Source of the DNA: a virus
DNA: 64,000 bases
IMG/VR virus record: IMGVR_UViG_3300036820_000009
Location: 29,726 to 93,725 of that record
Strand: one strand, 5' to 3'
The stretch's first letter is position 1, and each line of letters begins with the position of its first letter. The notes below the pieces were generated by a model, which saw only the letters and a list, made by a program, of their open reading frames with translations, was not told the origin of the DNA and did not search any database. This document shows positions 18,131 to 28,479 of the stretch, piece after piece. Both the position numbers and the translations under genes were made by a program.

Positions 18131-18973
18131 CTAATTGCTGATGTCGATGATGGTCGAGCCCACGCCGGCGCCGGTGATCGGCGCGCTCGGCGGACTGCTT
18201 TCGCCGGATGGCGTCGGATGGGTGTGCGCGTTGTAGGCCGCCACCAGTTTCGATGCGAGCACCAGGAAATCGTTCGGCGCGCCGCCGCCTTGGGTGATGT
18301 TGAACTTGTCGGCGCCTGCCAGCGCCAGTGTGGCATTGCCGCTGGAATCGATTTTCAGCGACGATTGGCCGAATACCAGCGAGATGCTGGCCATGGCGCC
18401 GCCGGACACCAGGAAATTGCCGCTGCTGTCGAGCCGCACCGTGAGTCCTGAGCCGGCCTGGACGAAACTGCCCTGGAATGGCGGCGGCGGTGTCGCCACG
18501 CGCTGCGCGAACGTCAGGGCTTGTTGTTGCTGTTGGTTGTTTTCGACGATATGTCTATAAATCGTCGGTAGTATAGCGCCCGATCCGAAGGTCGCATAAC
18601 TTCCGTCAGCGAACTGCTGTGCATAATTTCCTTTTCCATCAAGGAGATGCCAGTTCCCGGAGAAGTGTGCATCATAATCGATGAACGGATCGGTCGCGTC
18701 GCCTGTCGTATGGATGGCGTCTAGCATGCTGGGATAGTAGGAACGTAGCCAGATACCATTGCGGGGATCGCCAGAGGGAAACGCCGCGAGTCCCCATGTG
18801 CCGATGCCTGGTAGCGGTTTTTGGCTAACCCGCAACGCATCCGCCGCATTATTGAAGCCGATGAAGATCGGAATGCCAGGGATATTGGCCTGCGAGATAA
18901 GCTGCACCATCATTTGCTGGCGCTGCGGCAGGTGCGCAATAACCTGGACCTTCGCGAGCAACGGCATATCCAT
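18131..18973 (-). CDS. Baseplate central spike (gpV-like)
   Basis: P..GTWGLAAF..GD OB-fold segment; C-terminal NAHTHP metal-binding apex motif. Confidence 0.75.
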   Translation of the reverse strand: MDMPLLAKVQVIAHLPQRQQMMVQLISQANIPGIPIFIGFNNAADALRVSQKPLPGIGTWGLAAFPSGDPRNGIWLRSYYPSMLDAIHTTGDATDPFIDYDAHFSGNWHLLDGKGNYAQQFADGSYATFGSGAILPTIYRHIVENNQQQQQALTFAQRVATPPPPFQGSFVQAGSGLTVRLDSSGNFLVSGGAMASISLVFGQSSLKIDSSGNATLALAGADKFNITQGGGAPNDFLVLASKLVAAYNAHTHPTPSGESSPPSAPITGAGVGSTIIDISN

Positions 18974-18976
18974 GGG

Positions 18977-19321
18977 CTACGATTCCCGTAATAGCTGTGG
19001 CACGGGCTGACGCCTTAATTCCCGCATCCTATTTAATAGCCGATGCAAAGCACGATGATGCAACGGGCAAACCCAGAAAACTCGCCAATGATCATGATAA
19101 TCTGGATGGTGCATCTCGCTGGGCACACCACAAAAAATACACGGTTCTGGAATTAAAATACCACGAATTTTCAACTGTCGCGATGCGACACGGGCCCGTA
19201 TTTTCTGTTTTTTGACCTCACTCAACGTACTGTAGGGAATCGGGTAATCATGGCGCCAAGACCGCATGTTGGCCGCATGGCAGGCGCCGCAATACGAGTG
19301 CGGATAACCGTTTCGGCGCAT
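18977..19321 (-). CDS. HNH-like zinc-binding protein
   Basis: CIFCG...HHPDY...VFWVCPLHHRALH; lower GC. Confidence 0.65.
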   Translation of the reverse strand: MRRNGYPHSYCGACHAANMRSWRHDYPIPYSTLSEVKKQKIRARVASRQLKIRGILIPEPCIFCGVPSEMHHPDYHDHWRVFWVCPLHHRALHRLLNRMRELRRQPVPQLLRES

Positions 19322-19436
19322 GCGTGAGTGTTCTGCGCCGCAACTATAACATGTAGTCGAAATCGATGCCTCGAAACAGAAATCTCTAACCTATTGTTTT
19401 TGGCCTGTTCCTTGTGAAACAATCCCGCAATAGGTG

Positions 19437-20063
19437 TTAAGCATCGTCATAGGCGGGACTGACATCGAACCGTGCGGCATTCCGGTCTTTTGCCGACATG
19501 GTGAGGTTGGCACCATGTCCAATCGGCCAGCGGATGTCCAGCGTCGGATCATCCCACCGAATGGCGCGATCGTAGGCCGGATTGTGATAGCTGGTGGTCA
19601 TGTAGACCACGCTGGCGCCGAGCTCGAACGTCATGAATCCGTGTGCGAAGCCAGGCGGCACATAGAGGGCGCATGGCGTCATTTCGTCGAGAATCGCGGT
19701 ACAATGCTTGCCGAAGGTCGGCGAATGGCGACGCAGGTCGATCGCGACATCGAAAATTTTGCCCTGGATGATCTGCACCAGTTTGCCTTGCGGCCGGGGG
19801 TGCTGATAGTGCAAACCGCGCAGCACATAGGGCCGCGACCGTGAGAAGTTGCTTTGGACAAACCGGACCGGGTCCGCTGACGGGATGGCATCCATCAGCT
19901 CGGTCGCGCGAAAAAATTCGGTGAATACGCCGCGACTATCCCAGGTCACGCGGTTGGGGATGATCAAAAATACTTCCGGAATTTCGAGCGGCTTGATGCG
20001 AAATTTAGTCTCGACCGTGACCTGCGCGACAATCCCTTGTGTCGCGCCCGCGCTCTCTGTCAT
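19437..20063 (-). CDS. rmlC: dTDP-4-dehydrorhamnose 3,5-epimerase
   Basis: DSRGVFTE, VLRGLHYQ, QGKLV, DVAIDLR..SPTFG, PPGFAHGF, IRWDDP. Confidence 0.92.
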   Translation of the reverse strand: MTESAGATQGIVAQVTVETKFRIKPLEIPEVFLIIPNRVTWDSRGVFTEFFRATELMDAIPSADPVRFVQSNFSRSRPYVLRGLHYQHPRPQGKLVQIIQGKIFDVAIDLRRHSPTFGKHCTAILDEMTPCALYVPPGFAHGFMTFELGASVVYMTTSYHNPAYDRAIRWDDPTLDIRWPIGHGANLTMSAKDRNAARFDVSPAYDDA

Positions 20064-20092
20064 GATTCCCCTCCGGTGTGCAGGGGGAAAGC

Positions 20093-21166
20093 ATGACACT
20101 AGGAACTCCATCGGACAAGTCGGCCGGTATCGAGGGTGTCGCGCCCAAGAAAATTTTGTGCATCGGTGGTGGCGGCTATATCGGCAGCCGATTGGTGCCG
20201 ATCCTGCTGGCGGCCGGTCACCATGCCGAAGTGCTGGACACGTTTTGGTTCGGCGATCGCGGCGATGCGGCATGGAAAACAGCGGACGATGCGTGGAATC
20301 TCGATCTTAATACGCTGAGTGCGTTCGATTGCGTGATCTGGTTGGCCGGCATGTCCAATGATCCGATGGCCGATTTTTCGCCGGCGATGAACTTCATCGA
20401 GAATGCCGCGGCACCCTGCTACATCGCGCACCTGGCGAAGCGCGCCGGCGTGCGTCGGTTCATCAATGCGAGCTCGTGCTCGGTCTATGGCTTCGCGCCG
20501 GACCATCAAAGCATCGAGCGGTCGCAACCCCAAACCATGTTTCCCTACGGCATCGGCAAGCTGATGGCGGAACGCGGCTGCCATCAATTGGTCGACGAGA
20601 ATTTTTCGGTGATTTCGCTGCGCAAGGGCACGGTGTCGGGCTATAGCCCGCGCATGCGGTTCGATCTTATCGTCAACACCATGTTCCGCGATGCGGTGCG
20701 AGCGCATGCCATCCACGTCGCGCCGGGTGAAATCTGGCGGCCGATCGTCGCGATGACCGACGCGGTGCGCGCCTATCTGCTGGCGGTGGAAGTCGGCGCG
20801 GCGCTGAGCGGCGTGTTCAACATCGTGACCGAGAACGCGACCGTGTTCGATGTTGCACAGCGCGTGCAACAGCGTGTCAAGACGCAGCTTGGCATCAATG
20901 CGGTGCTGATCGAACGACCAGTGATCGAGAACAAGCGCAGCTATCGCGCATCCGGCCTGCGCGCGAAAGACGCGCTCGATTTCGTGCCAACCGGATCGGT
21001 CGAATCGATCGTCGACGAATTGTGCGCGCGGCTTGACGAATGGCCGGATTTCGCCGACCCGATGTATTACAACATCGAGATCTTCAAGGGATTGCGCCTG
21101 ACGCGCCAGTCATTTGGGGTGTCGCATATATCTGCGCCGAGAGAGCCAGCCACGACGCAAAATTAG
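20093..21166 (+). CDS. NAD-dependent NDP-sugar epimerase/dehydratase (extended SDR)
   Basis: GGGGYIG, ASSCSVYG, YGIGK (YxxxK), MRFDLIVN. Confidence 0.88.
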   Translation: MTLGTPSDKSAGIEGVAPKKILCIGGGGYIGSRLVPILLAAGHHAEVLDTFWFGDRGDAAWKTADDAWNLDLNTLSAFDCVIWLAGMSNDPMADFSPAMNFIENAAAPCYIAHLAKRAGVRRFINASSCSVYGFAPDHQSIERSQPQTMFPYGIGKLMAERGCHQLVDENFSVISLRKGTVSGYSPRMRFDLIVNTMFRDAVRAHAIHVAPGEIWRPIVAMTDAVRAYLLAVEVGAALSGVFNIVTENATVFDVAQRVQQRVKTQLGINAVLIERPVIENKRSYRASGLRAKDALDFVPTGSVESIVDELCARLDEWPDFADPMYYNIEIFKGLRLTRQSFGVSHISAPREPATTQN

Positions 21167-22775
21167 AATAGCTGATGCCCTGAAGCGTGGTGCCGCTGGT
21201 CGGATTGCCGACGACGTACTTCCCTTCCTGCCGCATCATATTTCCTTTCAGCGCATTCATCAGCATGCCGCCGATCGAAGTATCGGCATAAACCGTTGTC
21301 GGAAGGCCGCGCGATAGGCTGATCTCGGTACTCGACGGACCGCCGAAAACCCAATGGTTTTTTACTTCGTCGATATAGAAATCATAGGTCGGTTCATTCT
21401 TGAAGGGTTGGCAGCGAAACCGACAGCCAGGAAAAATATCTGGACGCAGCGGCAACATCTGTACGCCGCGCGCCATGATCGCGACCGGTTCATAATAGGC
21501 CGAGAATTGACCGAGCAGATCGGCGACAATCTGACCGAGCGGCTGTTGCTGGGTACCGCTCGGATCGTTGAACCAAGACACGGTGCCGTTCGCCGGCCGA
21601 TAGCCATAACGATGAATCGACGCGATGTCGCCAGCCATGCCGTTGCTGATCAAGAGCGGCGCGATACCGCCATTGCCGCCGCCCTGAGCATTGCCGCCAT
21701 AGAGCGCGGTCGCTGGCGTCGCGTTCACCGTGAAGACATTGACAACTTGCTCTTCGGTGAAATTGATGCCGCTTTCGAGGAACGGAAACAGACTCGCCGG
21801 CGCGGGGCTATCGACATAGAACAGCGGCAATGCGTTCCATAATGATGCGTCGATGCCATCGAGCGGCGCGCCGTTGCCGCCACCGTCCGAACTGTTGGTA
21901 AGTCGCGGCTGCGGGTTGACGCGACAGATCAGCATCGGGCCCGCGCTCGCCGCGCTGCCTAATTCTGCCGATGAAAATTGATAGCCCGCGGTGGCGCCGG
22001 GATAAAGGCTAGCGGGCGCGCTAATAATGAAAACCTCGTACCAGGGGAATGGCAGAATATCGTGGAATTTTTTAATCCATGGTCCTTCGCTGCCGATGAA
22101 TACATCGGCGTCGGGAATTTGGTAAACGGACGATGGGTAGGGTTGAAAATAGGTGCCCATCGCGGTGCCGAACGGCACGCGACTATCCTGATACGGGACA
22201 TAGGTTTGCGACAGGATACCGGACGTGCCGGCCATCACATTGTTATACCAAGCACTTGCAATCTGATCGGGCGGCCCAGCCAAATAGGCCAGCGACGATT
22301 GATAGGGCCATGTGCCGGCGCCGCTGGCTGGCGGCAGCGTCGCGGCGCCACCGAAGATCGATAGATACCAGAGCGCATAGAACGAAAACGATTCGAAGAA
22401 ACTGCCGAAATCCTTTCCGGTCACCGTGATCGATCGAGTGACCGGTCCTTCGCTTTCCCATGCTTGGCTTTCGTAAATCTTGGTGACAATGCCGACCATG
22501 GAAACGGCGATCTCGCCCATGCGCGCCATCGCGATGATGGCGAGCGAACGCGGCGTGATTATTTCGGTCCATGATGGCACGCTATCGACGCCGGCAGGGC
22601 CGCCGGGAACCAGCTCGATCGAAAATTCACCGCAAGTTTCGCCGATGTTTTTGCGCGTTATGCATTCGAGAATCTGTGCCCCTTGCAATGTGTAGGTGCC
22701 GCCTTCGAACGGATAGATATCGACCGTGCAAAGCGGCATCGCGACGGGTGAAAACATGCCTTCCGCGACGCTCAT
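21084..22775 (-). CDS. Baseplate hub protein
   Basis: Lies between tape measure and spike genes; ITVTGKDFG, IHRYGYRP, FYIDEVKNHW...SRG motifs. Confidence 0.65.
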   Translation of the reverse strand: MSVAEGMFSPVAMPLCTVDIYPFEGGTYTLQGAQILECITRKNIGETCGEFSIELVPGGPAGVDSVPSWTEIITPRSLAIIAMARMGEIAVSMVGIVTKIYESQAWESEGPVTRSITVTGKDFGSFFESFSFYALWYLSIFGGAATLPPASGAGTWPYQSSLAYLAGPPDQIASAWYNNVMAGTSGILSQTYVPYQDSRVPFGTAMGTYFQPYPSSVYQIPDADVFIGSEGPWIKKFHDILPFPWYEVFIISAPASLYPGATAGYQFSSAELGSAASAGPMLICRVNPQPRLTNSSDGGGNGAPLDGIDASLWNALPLFYVDSPAPASLFPFLESGINFTEEQVVNVFTVNATPATALYGGNAQGGGNGGIAPLLISNGMAGDIASIHRYGYRPANGTVSWFNDPSGTQQQPLGQIVADLLGQFSAYYEPVAIMARGVQMLPLRPDIFPGCRFRCQPFKNEPTYDFYIDEVKNHWVFGGPSSTEISLSRGLPTTVYADTSIGGMLMNALKGNMMRQEGKYVVGNPTSGTTLQGISYSNFASWLALSAQIYATPQMTGASGAIP

Positions 22776-24994
22776 TGCGGCGGCGCGCCGGTGACACGGG
22801 TCGATTGCTGCGGATGCCTGACCCAGGGGGACATGCGCGGACCGCTGCGAGCGGATGCCTGTTCAATCGCCCTTATCATGCCGTCGAATCCCTGTTTCAT
22901 CGCGCGCGCGCCGTCGATCATTTGGGTAATGGTATCGCTGGCATATTTTACGGCCGGCAAAAAAACATTCGCGGCACGTTCCGATCCAGCCATTTCCATT
23001 TGCGACGCGCTCGACAACGCCGGATTGAACCAAGGCTGATCGCCGCCGCCCAAGGGAACATTGCCCGTATGCTCAAGCGCGGCGGCGCCGGCATGCTGCC
23101 TGATCGTCGCGACGTAATTATGGGTTTCGCCGATCGGAATGGCGGCCGCGAAAGCGGCATCGCTGAGTTGGCCGGTGCGCGGATCGCCAATCGTCTTCAG
23201 CCAGCCCCGATGATAAATGCCGCTTTTGTCGCGATAGCCTTCGAGCCGCCCCATGCCGGCATTATAGGCAGTTAGAGCAAGCGTCGTGTCGCCGTTATAT
23301 CGTTTCAGCAGCATATTCATATAGAATTGGCCGAGCTTTCGATTATAGGCGGCATCGGTCCGCGCAAGCTGGCGATCGACCGGCGCACCCGTCGCGCGTT
23401 CGATATCCTTGATCGCGCCCTCGGTAATTTGCATGACGCCGAAGGCTCCCTTCGACGACGTCAATGTGTGGCCTTTGGTGTCGAATTGATTGCCGCCGCT
23501 TTCCGTTCGCTCCATGGCGTGAAAAAGATCGCTGCTGGATGCTCCACCCGCGGCGCCGGCGAGCGGACCGCCGGTATGCATGAGCGCGAGCGCTTGATCC
23601 ATCGACGAAGTGCTGGTATCGCCGAATCCCATCTGCGCCAGAACGCGCGCGCGAATACCCGGCGACAATCCCGGCAGAATCGATCCCGCGATATTTTGCA
23701 CGGTCTGCAACAACTGCGGCGAACCGCGGCCTAGCTTGAACAGCAAATCGATCGCGTTACCGGTATGACCCAGCCGGAATTCCGTCTGAATCATGCCGAT
23801 CTGTTCGTTCCAATAACTTTGCTCGACCTTGTCTGGCTTGCCACCAATCAATGCCTCGATATCACCCTTCGATCGAAAACCGTTGAATTGCCGCATCAGC
23901 GGGCCGGCCATGAGCAGTGCCGTGGGATTGCTCATGATATTGCCGAAATTCGCGGCCGCCGATGTTGCGATGTTGGCGCCCAATTCACCGGTCATCGCTT
24001 GCGGTGTGCCGATGCGGCCGGTTTGCAGGAGGAAATTCATCATCCAACTGCTGCCGCCTTGCGGACCGCCCATGCGCGCGACGGTTTCCATCGCATCGAG
24101 CATGGAATTCAGTACCTTTGATTTATCGAGCCCTTCCGCTTGCGCTTGTACCAATGCGGCATTGATTCGCGTCAAATATTGTTCAATGCCGGCGCCGGTC
24201 GGTTGAATGAAGCCGCGACCGAGGGCTTCGCGCGTGACATTGCCGGCAGTCCCGTCCGGCAGATTGGCGAAGCCTTCCGATCGCATTGCGAGCGATACCG
24301 CGCGAGCGGCGCGGTCGGGGCTCGCATATCGATTGATGCCGCGCGCGCGCGCTTCCGGAAGCACGCCGACACTCCCAAGATTTCGGATCGCCTCTTCCGG
24401 TGAAACATTATATTTGAGCATCCAACCGGGGATATCCATGCCGCCATGCGGATTTCCGAGCGTATAGAATTGCCGCATGAATGAATCGGCGCCATAGCCA
24501 CCAGCACGCGCCACTTCATAGGCGCTGCCGGCGAAGCCGGTGAATCGCTGCGCTGGGCCTGTCGCCATTTTCCAAAATTGCGACATGATCGTTTGCGGCA
24601 TGAAGGTCGCGGTGCCGAGGCCTAGGATCGCGAGCAATTCCGGCGCCATCATGCCCATGGCGCCGCTTATCATCCCGCCAGCACTCCCGGCGCCAGCAAG
24701 GAACGATAGCGCGCGGCCACGCATGCCACCGCCACCACCGCCGCCACCGCCGCCGCCCGGTCCAGGTCCACCGGGGCCACCGGGGCCACCGGGAACGTTG
24801 CCGGATCCGGTGGCATTCAGCGTGACATTGGCTTGCGCGACATGGATGACGGCCTGATTGATGAACAGTACCGCGCGACCGATATTTCCGGTGAATTGGG
24901 CTTGTTGTCCGTTCTGATAAGCATTACGCCACGGATCGCCGCCGCTAGTCGTCGCGGGTACGTTGCCGCGTCCCCACATATTGATAACCGGCAT
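22772..24994 (-). CDS. Tape measure protein with lytic transglycosylase (SLT) domain
   Basis: ESGGNQ, SSKGAFGVMQI, LALTAYNAG; follows tail chaperones. Confidence 0.8.
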   Translation of the reverse strand: MPVINMWGRGNVPATTSGGDPWRNAYQNGQQAQFTGNIGRAVLFINQAVIHVAQANVTLNATGSGNVPGGPGGPGGPGPGGGGGGGGGGGMRGRALSFLAGAGSAGGMISGAMGMMAPELLAILGLGTATFMPQTIMSQFWKMATGPAQRFTGFAGSAYEVARAGGYGADSFMRQFYTLGNPHGGMDIPGWMLKYNVSPEEAIRNLGSVGVLPEARARGINRYASPDRAARAVSLAMRSEGFANLPDGTAGNVTREALGRGFIQPTGAGIEQYLTRINAALVQAQAEGLDKSKVLNSMLDAMETVARMGGPQGGSSWMMNFLLQTGRIGTPQAMTGELGANIATSAAANFGNIMSNPTALLMAGPLMRQFNGFRSKGDIEALIGGKPDKVEQSYWNEQIGMIQTEFRLGHTGNAIDLLFKLGRGSPQLLQTVQNIAGSILPGLSPGIRARVLAQMGFGDTSTSSMDQALALMHTGGPLAGAAGGASSSDLFHAMERTESGGNQFDTKGHTLTSSKGAFGVMQITEGAIKDIERATGAPVDRQLARTDAAYNRKLGQFYMNMLLKRYNGDTTLALTAYNAGMGRLEGYRDKSGIYHRGWLKTIGDPRTGQLSDAAFAAAIPIGETHNYVATIRQHAGAAALEHTGNVPLGGGDQPWFNPALSSASQMEMAGSERAANVFLPAVKYASDTITQMIDGARAMKQGFDGMIRAIEQASARSGPRMSPWVRHPQQSTRVTGAPPQ

Positions 24995-25000
24995 GGCGCA

Positions 25001-25363
25001 TCATCCTTTCGGCGTTCTAGCCTTGCGTTTGAGCTGGGCAAAATCCGTCTTCATCTGCGCCAATCGCGCGCGCGTCTTTTCGCTGATTTTGAATGGCGCC
25101 ATGAAATTCTCATGCGCTTTGCCGATCAGCCGATGTTCCAGCGCTGCCCGTTGTTCCATCGCGTTTTTTGGTTTATCGCCGCCGCGGGAGAAGGTGCCGC
25201 GCTTCGGATCGTCCTTCACCCACATCTCAAGAATGAAATCGAGATGCGTTTCGCTGAGATCGAGCAGCTCAGCCTTGAACGGGTTCCTGTGTCCCTGAAT
25301 CTCCGCTACCTGCCACAGCTTGATCAGTAGGCGGTTTTGGATAGGGAAACCGGTTCCTCCGAA
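25001..25363 (-). CDS. Tail assembly chaperone C-terminal extension (reached by +1 frameshift)
   Basis: Overlapping +1 frame (...LIKLWQVAE...LDFILEMW...) with no clear start of its own; ACC TTT CGG slip site at 25367-25359. Confidence 0.6.
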   Translation of the reverse strand, partial: FGGTGFPIQNRLLIKLWQVAEIQGHRNPFKAELLDLSETHLDFILEMWVKDDPKRGTFSRGGDKPKNAMEQRAALEHRLIGKAHENFMAPFKISEKTRARLAQMKTDFAQLKRKARTPKG

Positions 25364-25724
25364 AGGTGGCAAGTTGGGTCTGGAAGTCGTAATAGACCTC
25401 CATGACCTCTTCCGTCCTATCCGTTGAAAATTTTGTCGAATCGATCGTCGGACCGGTCGCGCCCGGTTGATATACCCAGCTTGCCGACGTTTTTTCGAGC
25501 AGGATCTCGAACGCCGCGCACGCGCGGAGCATTTCCGACGTGCCAAAATCGATGCCGACTTCCGAGATGGAAACGGTCGGATCAATGCGAATGCGGATAT
25601 CGCGCATCCGCAGGCCGAGCTTGATGTCATCGGCGATCGATGGAATTCGAAAGATGAATTCGTCGTCTTTATAGCGCGCCAGTTTGACCGAAAGATGCGT
25701 CTTGAGAACGTCGGTTTCAGCCAA
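25269..25724 (-). CDS. Tail assembly chaperone
   Basis: Between tube and tape measure genes; contains ...ATFR motif. Confidence 0.7.
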   Translation of the reverse strand: MAETDVLKTHLSVKLARYKDDEFIFRIPSIADDIKLGLRMRDIRIRIDPTVSISEVGIDFGTSEMLRACAAFEILLEKTSASWVYQPGATGPTIDSTKFSTDRTEEVMEVYYDFQTQLATFRRNRFPYPKPPTDQAVAGSGDSGTQEPVQG

Positions 25725-25746
25725 GAACCATTCCCCCTACCAGGCG

Positions 25747-26283
25747 CTATAGCGACGCCGAAGCCGCGATATTGAGGCCGAGGCCGTTTCCGGCGACCGC
25801 CGTGGTCGACGGCAATTGGAAGGCGCCTGGGATATTCAAGAGGGAATTTCCGTCCTGGTCAAGCACGTCCATGGCCAAGAATGTCAGCGCATCCGACACC
25901 GGCTGGTTGGCGGGAATGTTTTCGTCGAAACTCGACGATACGCAGCCGATATAGGAAAATAAAACTTCCTGCGCCAATCCATCGATCACCGCGATATCGA
26001 ACGAATTGTTCGACAGCAATGCGGCGAGACTGGCGCCGCCGGTAATCAGGGCCTCGCCGGCCTGCGTTAGCGCGAATTCGTTGAGCGTGATGGTCGGACC
26101 GACGCGGAGCTGCTGGATTTCCTGCGGCTTCGCGGAACCGACGCCATAGATGCCCGTCGTGGTGTAGCCGAAGCTGTGATTGACGGTTTGCGCGAACGCG
26201 ACGGCAATATCGCCAATATACATCGCGACGGAATTCGCATTCCGCGCGTTGTATTGGAGTTGCTTGGCGTTGAAACCTGGCAT
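25747..26283 (-). CDS. Tail tube protein
   Basis: Directly after sheath; ANSV...FGYTTTGIYGVGSAKPQE resembles K/SPO1-type tube proteins. Confidence 0.8.
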   Translation of the reverse strand: MPGFNAKQLQYNARNANSVAMYIGDIAVAFAQTVNHSFGYTTTGIYGVGSAKPQEIQQLRVGPTITLNEFALTQAGEALITGGASLAALLSNNSFDIAVIDGLAQEVLFSYIGCVSSSFDENIPANQPVSDALTFLAMDVLDQDGNSLLNIPGAFQLPSTTAVAGNGLGLNIAASASL

Positions 26284-26298
26284 CGCTCAAAACTCCTG

Positions 26299-28134
26299 TT
26301 AGGCCGCGATCGCCGTGCCGGTATTGGTGAGCGTGGTCGTAAAATTGAGCGGCTGGATCGGCACGAAGATGGTGATGAAGCGGTTCTGACCGACCAGCGT
26401 GATATTGACCGATAGCGCCGCCGTCTGATTGATGCCGGTATAGACGATTTGCAGCGTGCTCGAATCCCAGGACGCCAGCACGCCGAGGCCGGTGCCGGTA
26501 TAGACCAGCGCATTGAGCGCTTTCTGCGCGGCGCGCAGGATGTTGACTTCGCCGTTCGGCGCCGCGATGCCGCCGGCGTAGGGCTGAATCGCATTGACCA
26601 GCGTATAGGCGGTGAAATCGCGGCACGCGATCTGCTGGTTGAACACGTTGGCCGGATTGGCGTCGTTCTGCCAGGTGGTGAAGTCCGATGCGATCGTCGG
26701 AATGCCGGGCGTGTTGCTCGGAATATAGATCGGCATCACGCCGGCTTGCTGAAGCTCGTTGATTTGGTCGACGCCAAGCGACAGCTCGACGCCGGTGCCG
26801 GTGACCTGCTTGTTGGTCAGCGGCATGTTCGCCGGATTGCCGGTGGCCATGCCGGCCGCCATCGCCGCGACATAGAGGCCTTCGAACAGCGTGTTGACGC
26901 CGGTGGTCGGATCGTTGGCATAGATGCCGGGATAGGCAAACGTGGTACGCGACGAGGCCTGTGCCTGCGCGGTGGTGACGGCGGTCGAAATCGAGGCGCC
27001 TTGGCTCGATCCGGTGAAGAACCGGCGCCATTTGGCATTGACGGTTTCGCTCGCGGTCAAGGCGTGCTGGGTGCCCAGCGCGATCACGCCCGAGCTGTTG
27101 CTGTCCGCGAACACCGACCAGGCCGGCAGCGTCAGCGCCAGATTGAATGCGTTGGCGTAATCGTCGAGTACCGGCGGCACGCTGACCGCGCCCGAAAACG
27201 AAGTGAACGGAATGACATTGGGCAGCAGCGCCGCGATCGGCACGACGCCGCTGGTGGCGGTGGCGATCGCCATCGGATTGCCGTTCTGGCCCAACGCGAA
27301 ATTGTTGATCCAGTAAACCGGATCGAGCATCGACGCGGTAACGTCGACATATTGCGGTTGGCCCATGACCGGCACGGGCAACGCGATGCCGCTGGTCACG
27401 TTGTCCAGCATCGCGGCCGGCAATTGGCCGTTGGTCGAACTGAGCGGAATCGCCGAATACAAACCGGTGCCGTTCAAATATTCGACGACGGCCTGCACGG
27501 TGCCGTACTCGGCCGAGCTGAGCGGAATGGTGACCGATTCGCCGGACGTCGAACTCGACACATTGAAGCTGGTGGCAACACCGCCCGAATAGGCGACGGT
27601 GTAAGCGACGGCACTTGCCGCACCGAGATACGCGAGCAGGAACGGCACGCCGAGATCGTCGCCCTGCTGCGCGATGTTGGAATAGGCATCGTACAGCGTG
27701 ATGAACACGCCGGCGGTCGAGCCCGCCTGCACCTGGATCTGAAGCAGGTTGGACGGCAATCCATAATCGGCCGAAATCAGGCTCGCGACGCCCGACGTGG
27801 CGCCGGTCGCGCCGGCGTAGAGCTCCAGCGCCGATTGCGTGTTCTCGCCGACATTGATGAACGTGATCTGCTGCGCGCCGTTGAGGTTCGGCGATGGATT
27901 GGTCAGGAACGGCACGAAGCCCGAACATGGGCCGCCGCGAATTGCCGCCAGCAAATCGTTCGGATCGATATAGGTGTTCGCGGTTTGCGGCTTGGTGCCA
28001 TAGCCATAACCGATGAAAATCAGCGGCGGACTGGTCGGCGGCTGCGCTTGCAGCACCGCGCTGACGTTGTCCGCGTAATAGGCGCCCGGAATGACAAGGG
28101 TCTGGCCCTCGAACTGGACGTTCATGTTGGGCAT
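26299..28134 (-). CDS. Contractile tail sheath protein
   Basis: FEGQTLVIPGAY N-terminus; MPLTNK, QINELQQAGV, DFTTW motifs. Confidence 0.88.
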   Translation of the reverse strand: MPNMNVQFEGQTLVIPGAYYADNVSAVLQAQPPTSPPLIFIGYGYGTKPQTANTYIDPNDLLAAIRGGPCSGFVPFLTNPSPNLNGAQQITFINVGENTQSALELYAGATGATSGVASLISADYGLPSNLLQIQVQAGSTAGVFITLYDAYSNIAQQGDDLGVPFLLAYLGAASAVAYTVAYSGGVATSFNVSSSTSGESVTIPLSSAEYGTVQAVVEYLNGTGLYSAIPLSSTNGQLPAAMLDNVTSGIALPVPVMGQPQYVDVTASMLDPVYWINNFALGQNGNPMAIATATSGVVPIAALLPNVIPFTSFSGAVSVPPVLDDYANAFNLALTLPAWSVFADSNSSGVIALGTQHALTASETVNAKWRRFFTGSSQGASISTAVTTAQAQASSRTTFAYPGIYANDPTTGVNTLFEGLYVAAMAAGMATGNPANMPLTNKQVTGTGVELSLGVDQINELQQAGVMPIYIPSNTPGIPTIASDFTTWQNDANPANVFNQQIACRDFTAYTLVNAIQPYAGGIAAPNGEVNILRAAQKALNALVYTGTGLGVLASWDSSTLQIVYTGINQTAALSVNITLVGQNRFITIFVPIQPLNFTTTLTNTGTAIAA

Positions 28135-28137
28135 GGA

Positions 28138-28410
28138 TTAACCCCTGCTATAGGCCGGCTGCCGGCGATAGCCGTCGATCAGCGCCATCCATTGCGAGAA
28201 GGTGCGGCCGCCAACATGATTCTGGCGCAACAGGCTGAGATAGACCTCGTCTTTGGTGGCGCGCAAATGCGTGGCGAAGGTCGAGAGGGTCATGATCAGT
28301 TCCGGCCCGCGCGGCGCCTGCGGCGATTTGAGCGGGCCGCGGATCGCGGCCCGCACGCTCGCTTTGACAGGCGGCCGTTTCGGCACGACTCGTGGGAATG
28401 GATTCGGCAT
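28138..28410 (-). CDS. Small protein preceding the sheath gene
   Basis: SD GAGGG; RTFSQWMALIDGY. Confidence 0.6.
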   Translation of the reverse strand: MPNPFPRVVPKRPPVKASVRAAIRGPLKSPQAPRGPELIMTLSTFATHLRATKDEVYLSLLRQNHVGGRTFSQWMALIDGYRRQPAYSRG

Positions 28411-28479
28411 GATATTCCCTCTTCGGCGTCGGCGCGCATCCTAAGCCCAAGCGGGAAATCCACCTATATCGCCGCACAG

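Noticed and set aside
24720-24795. CCG/CCA-rich low-complexity tract (similar tracts at 33950-34010 and 36750-37110)
   Set aside because: Explained by poly-Gly/Pro/Glu linkers in the encoded proteins
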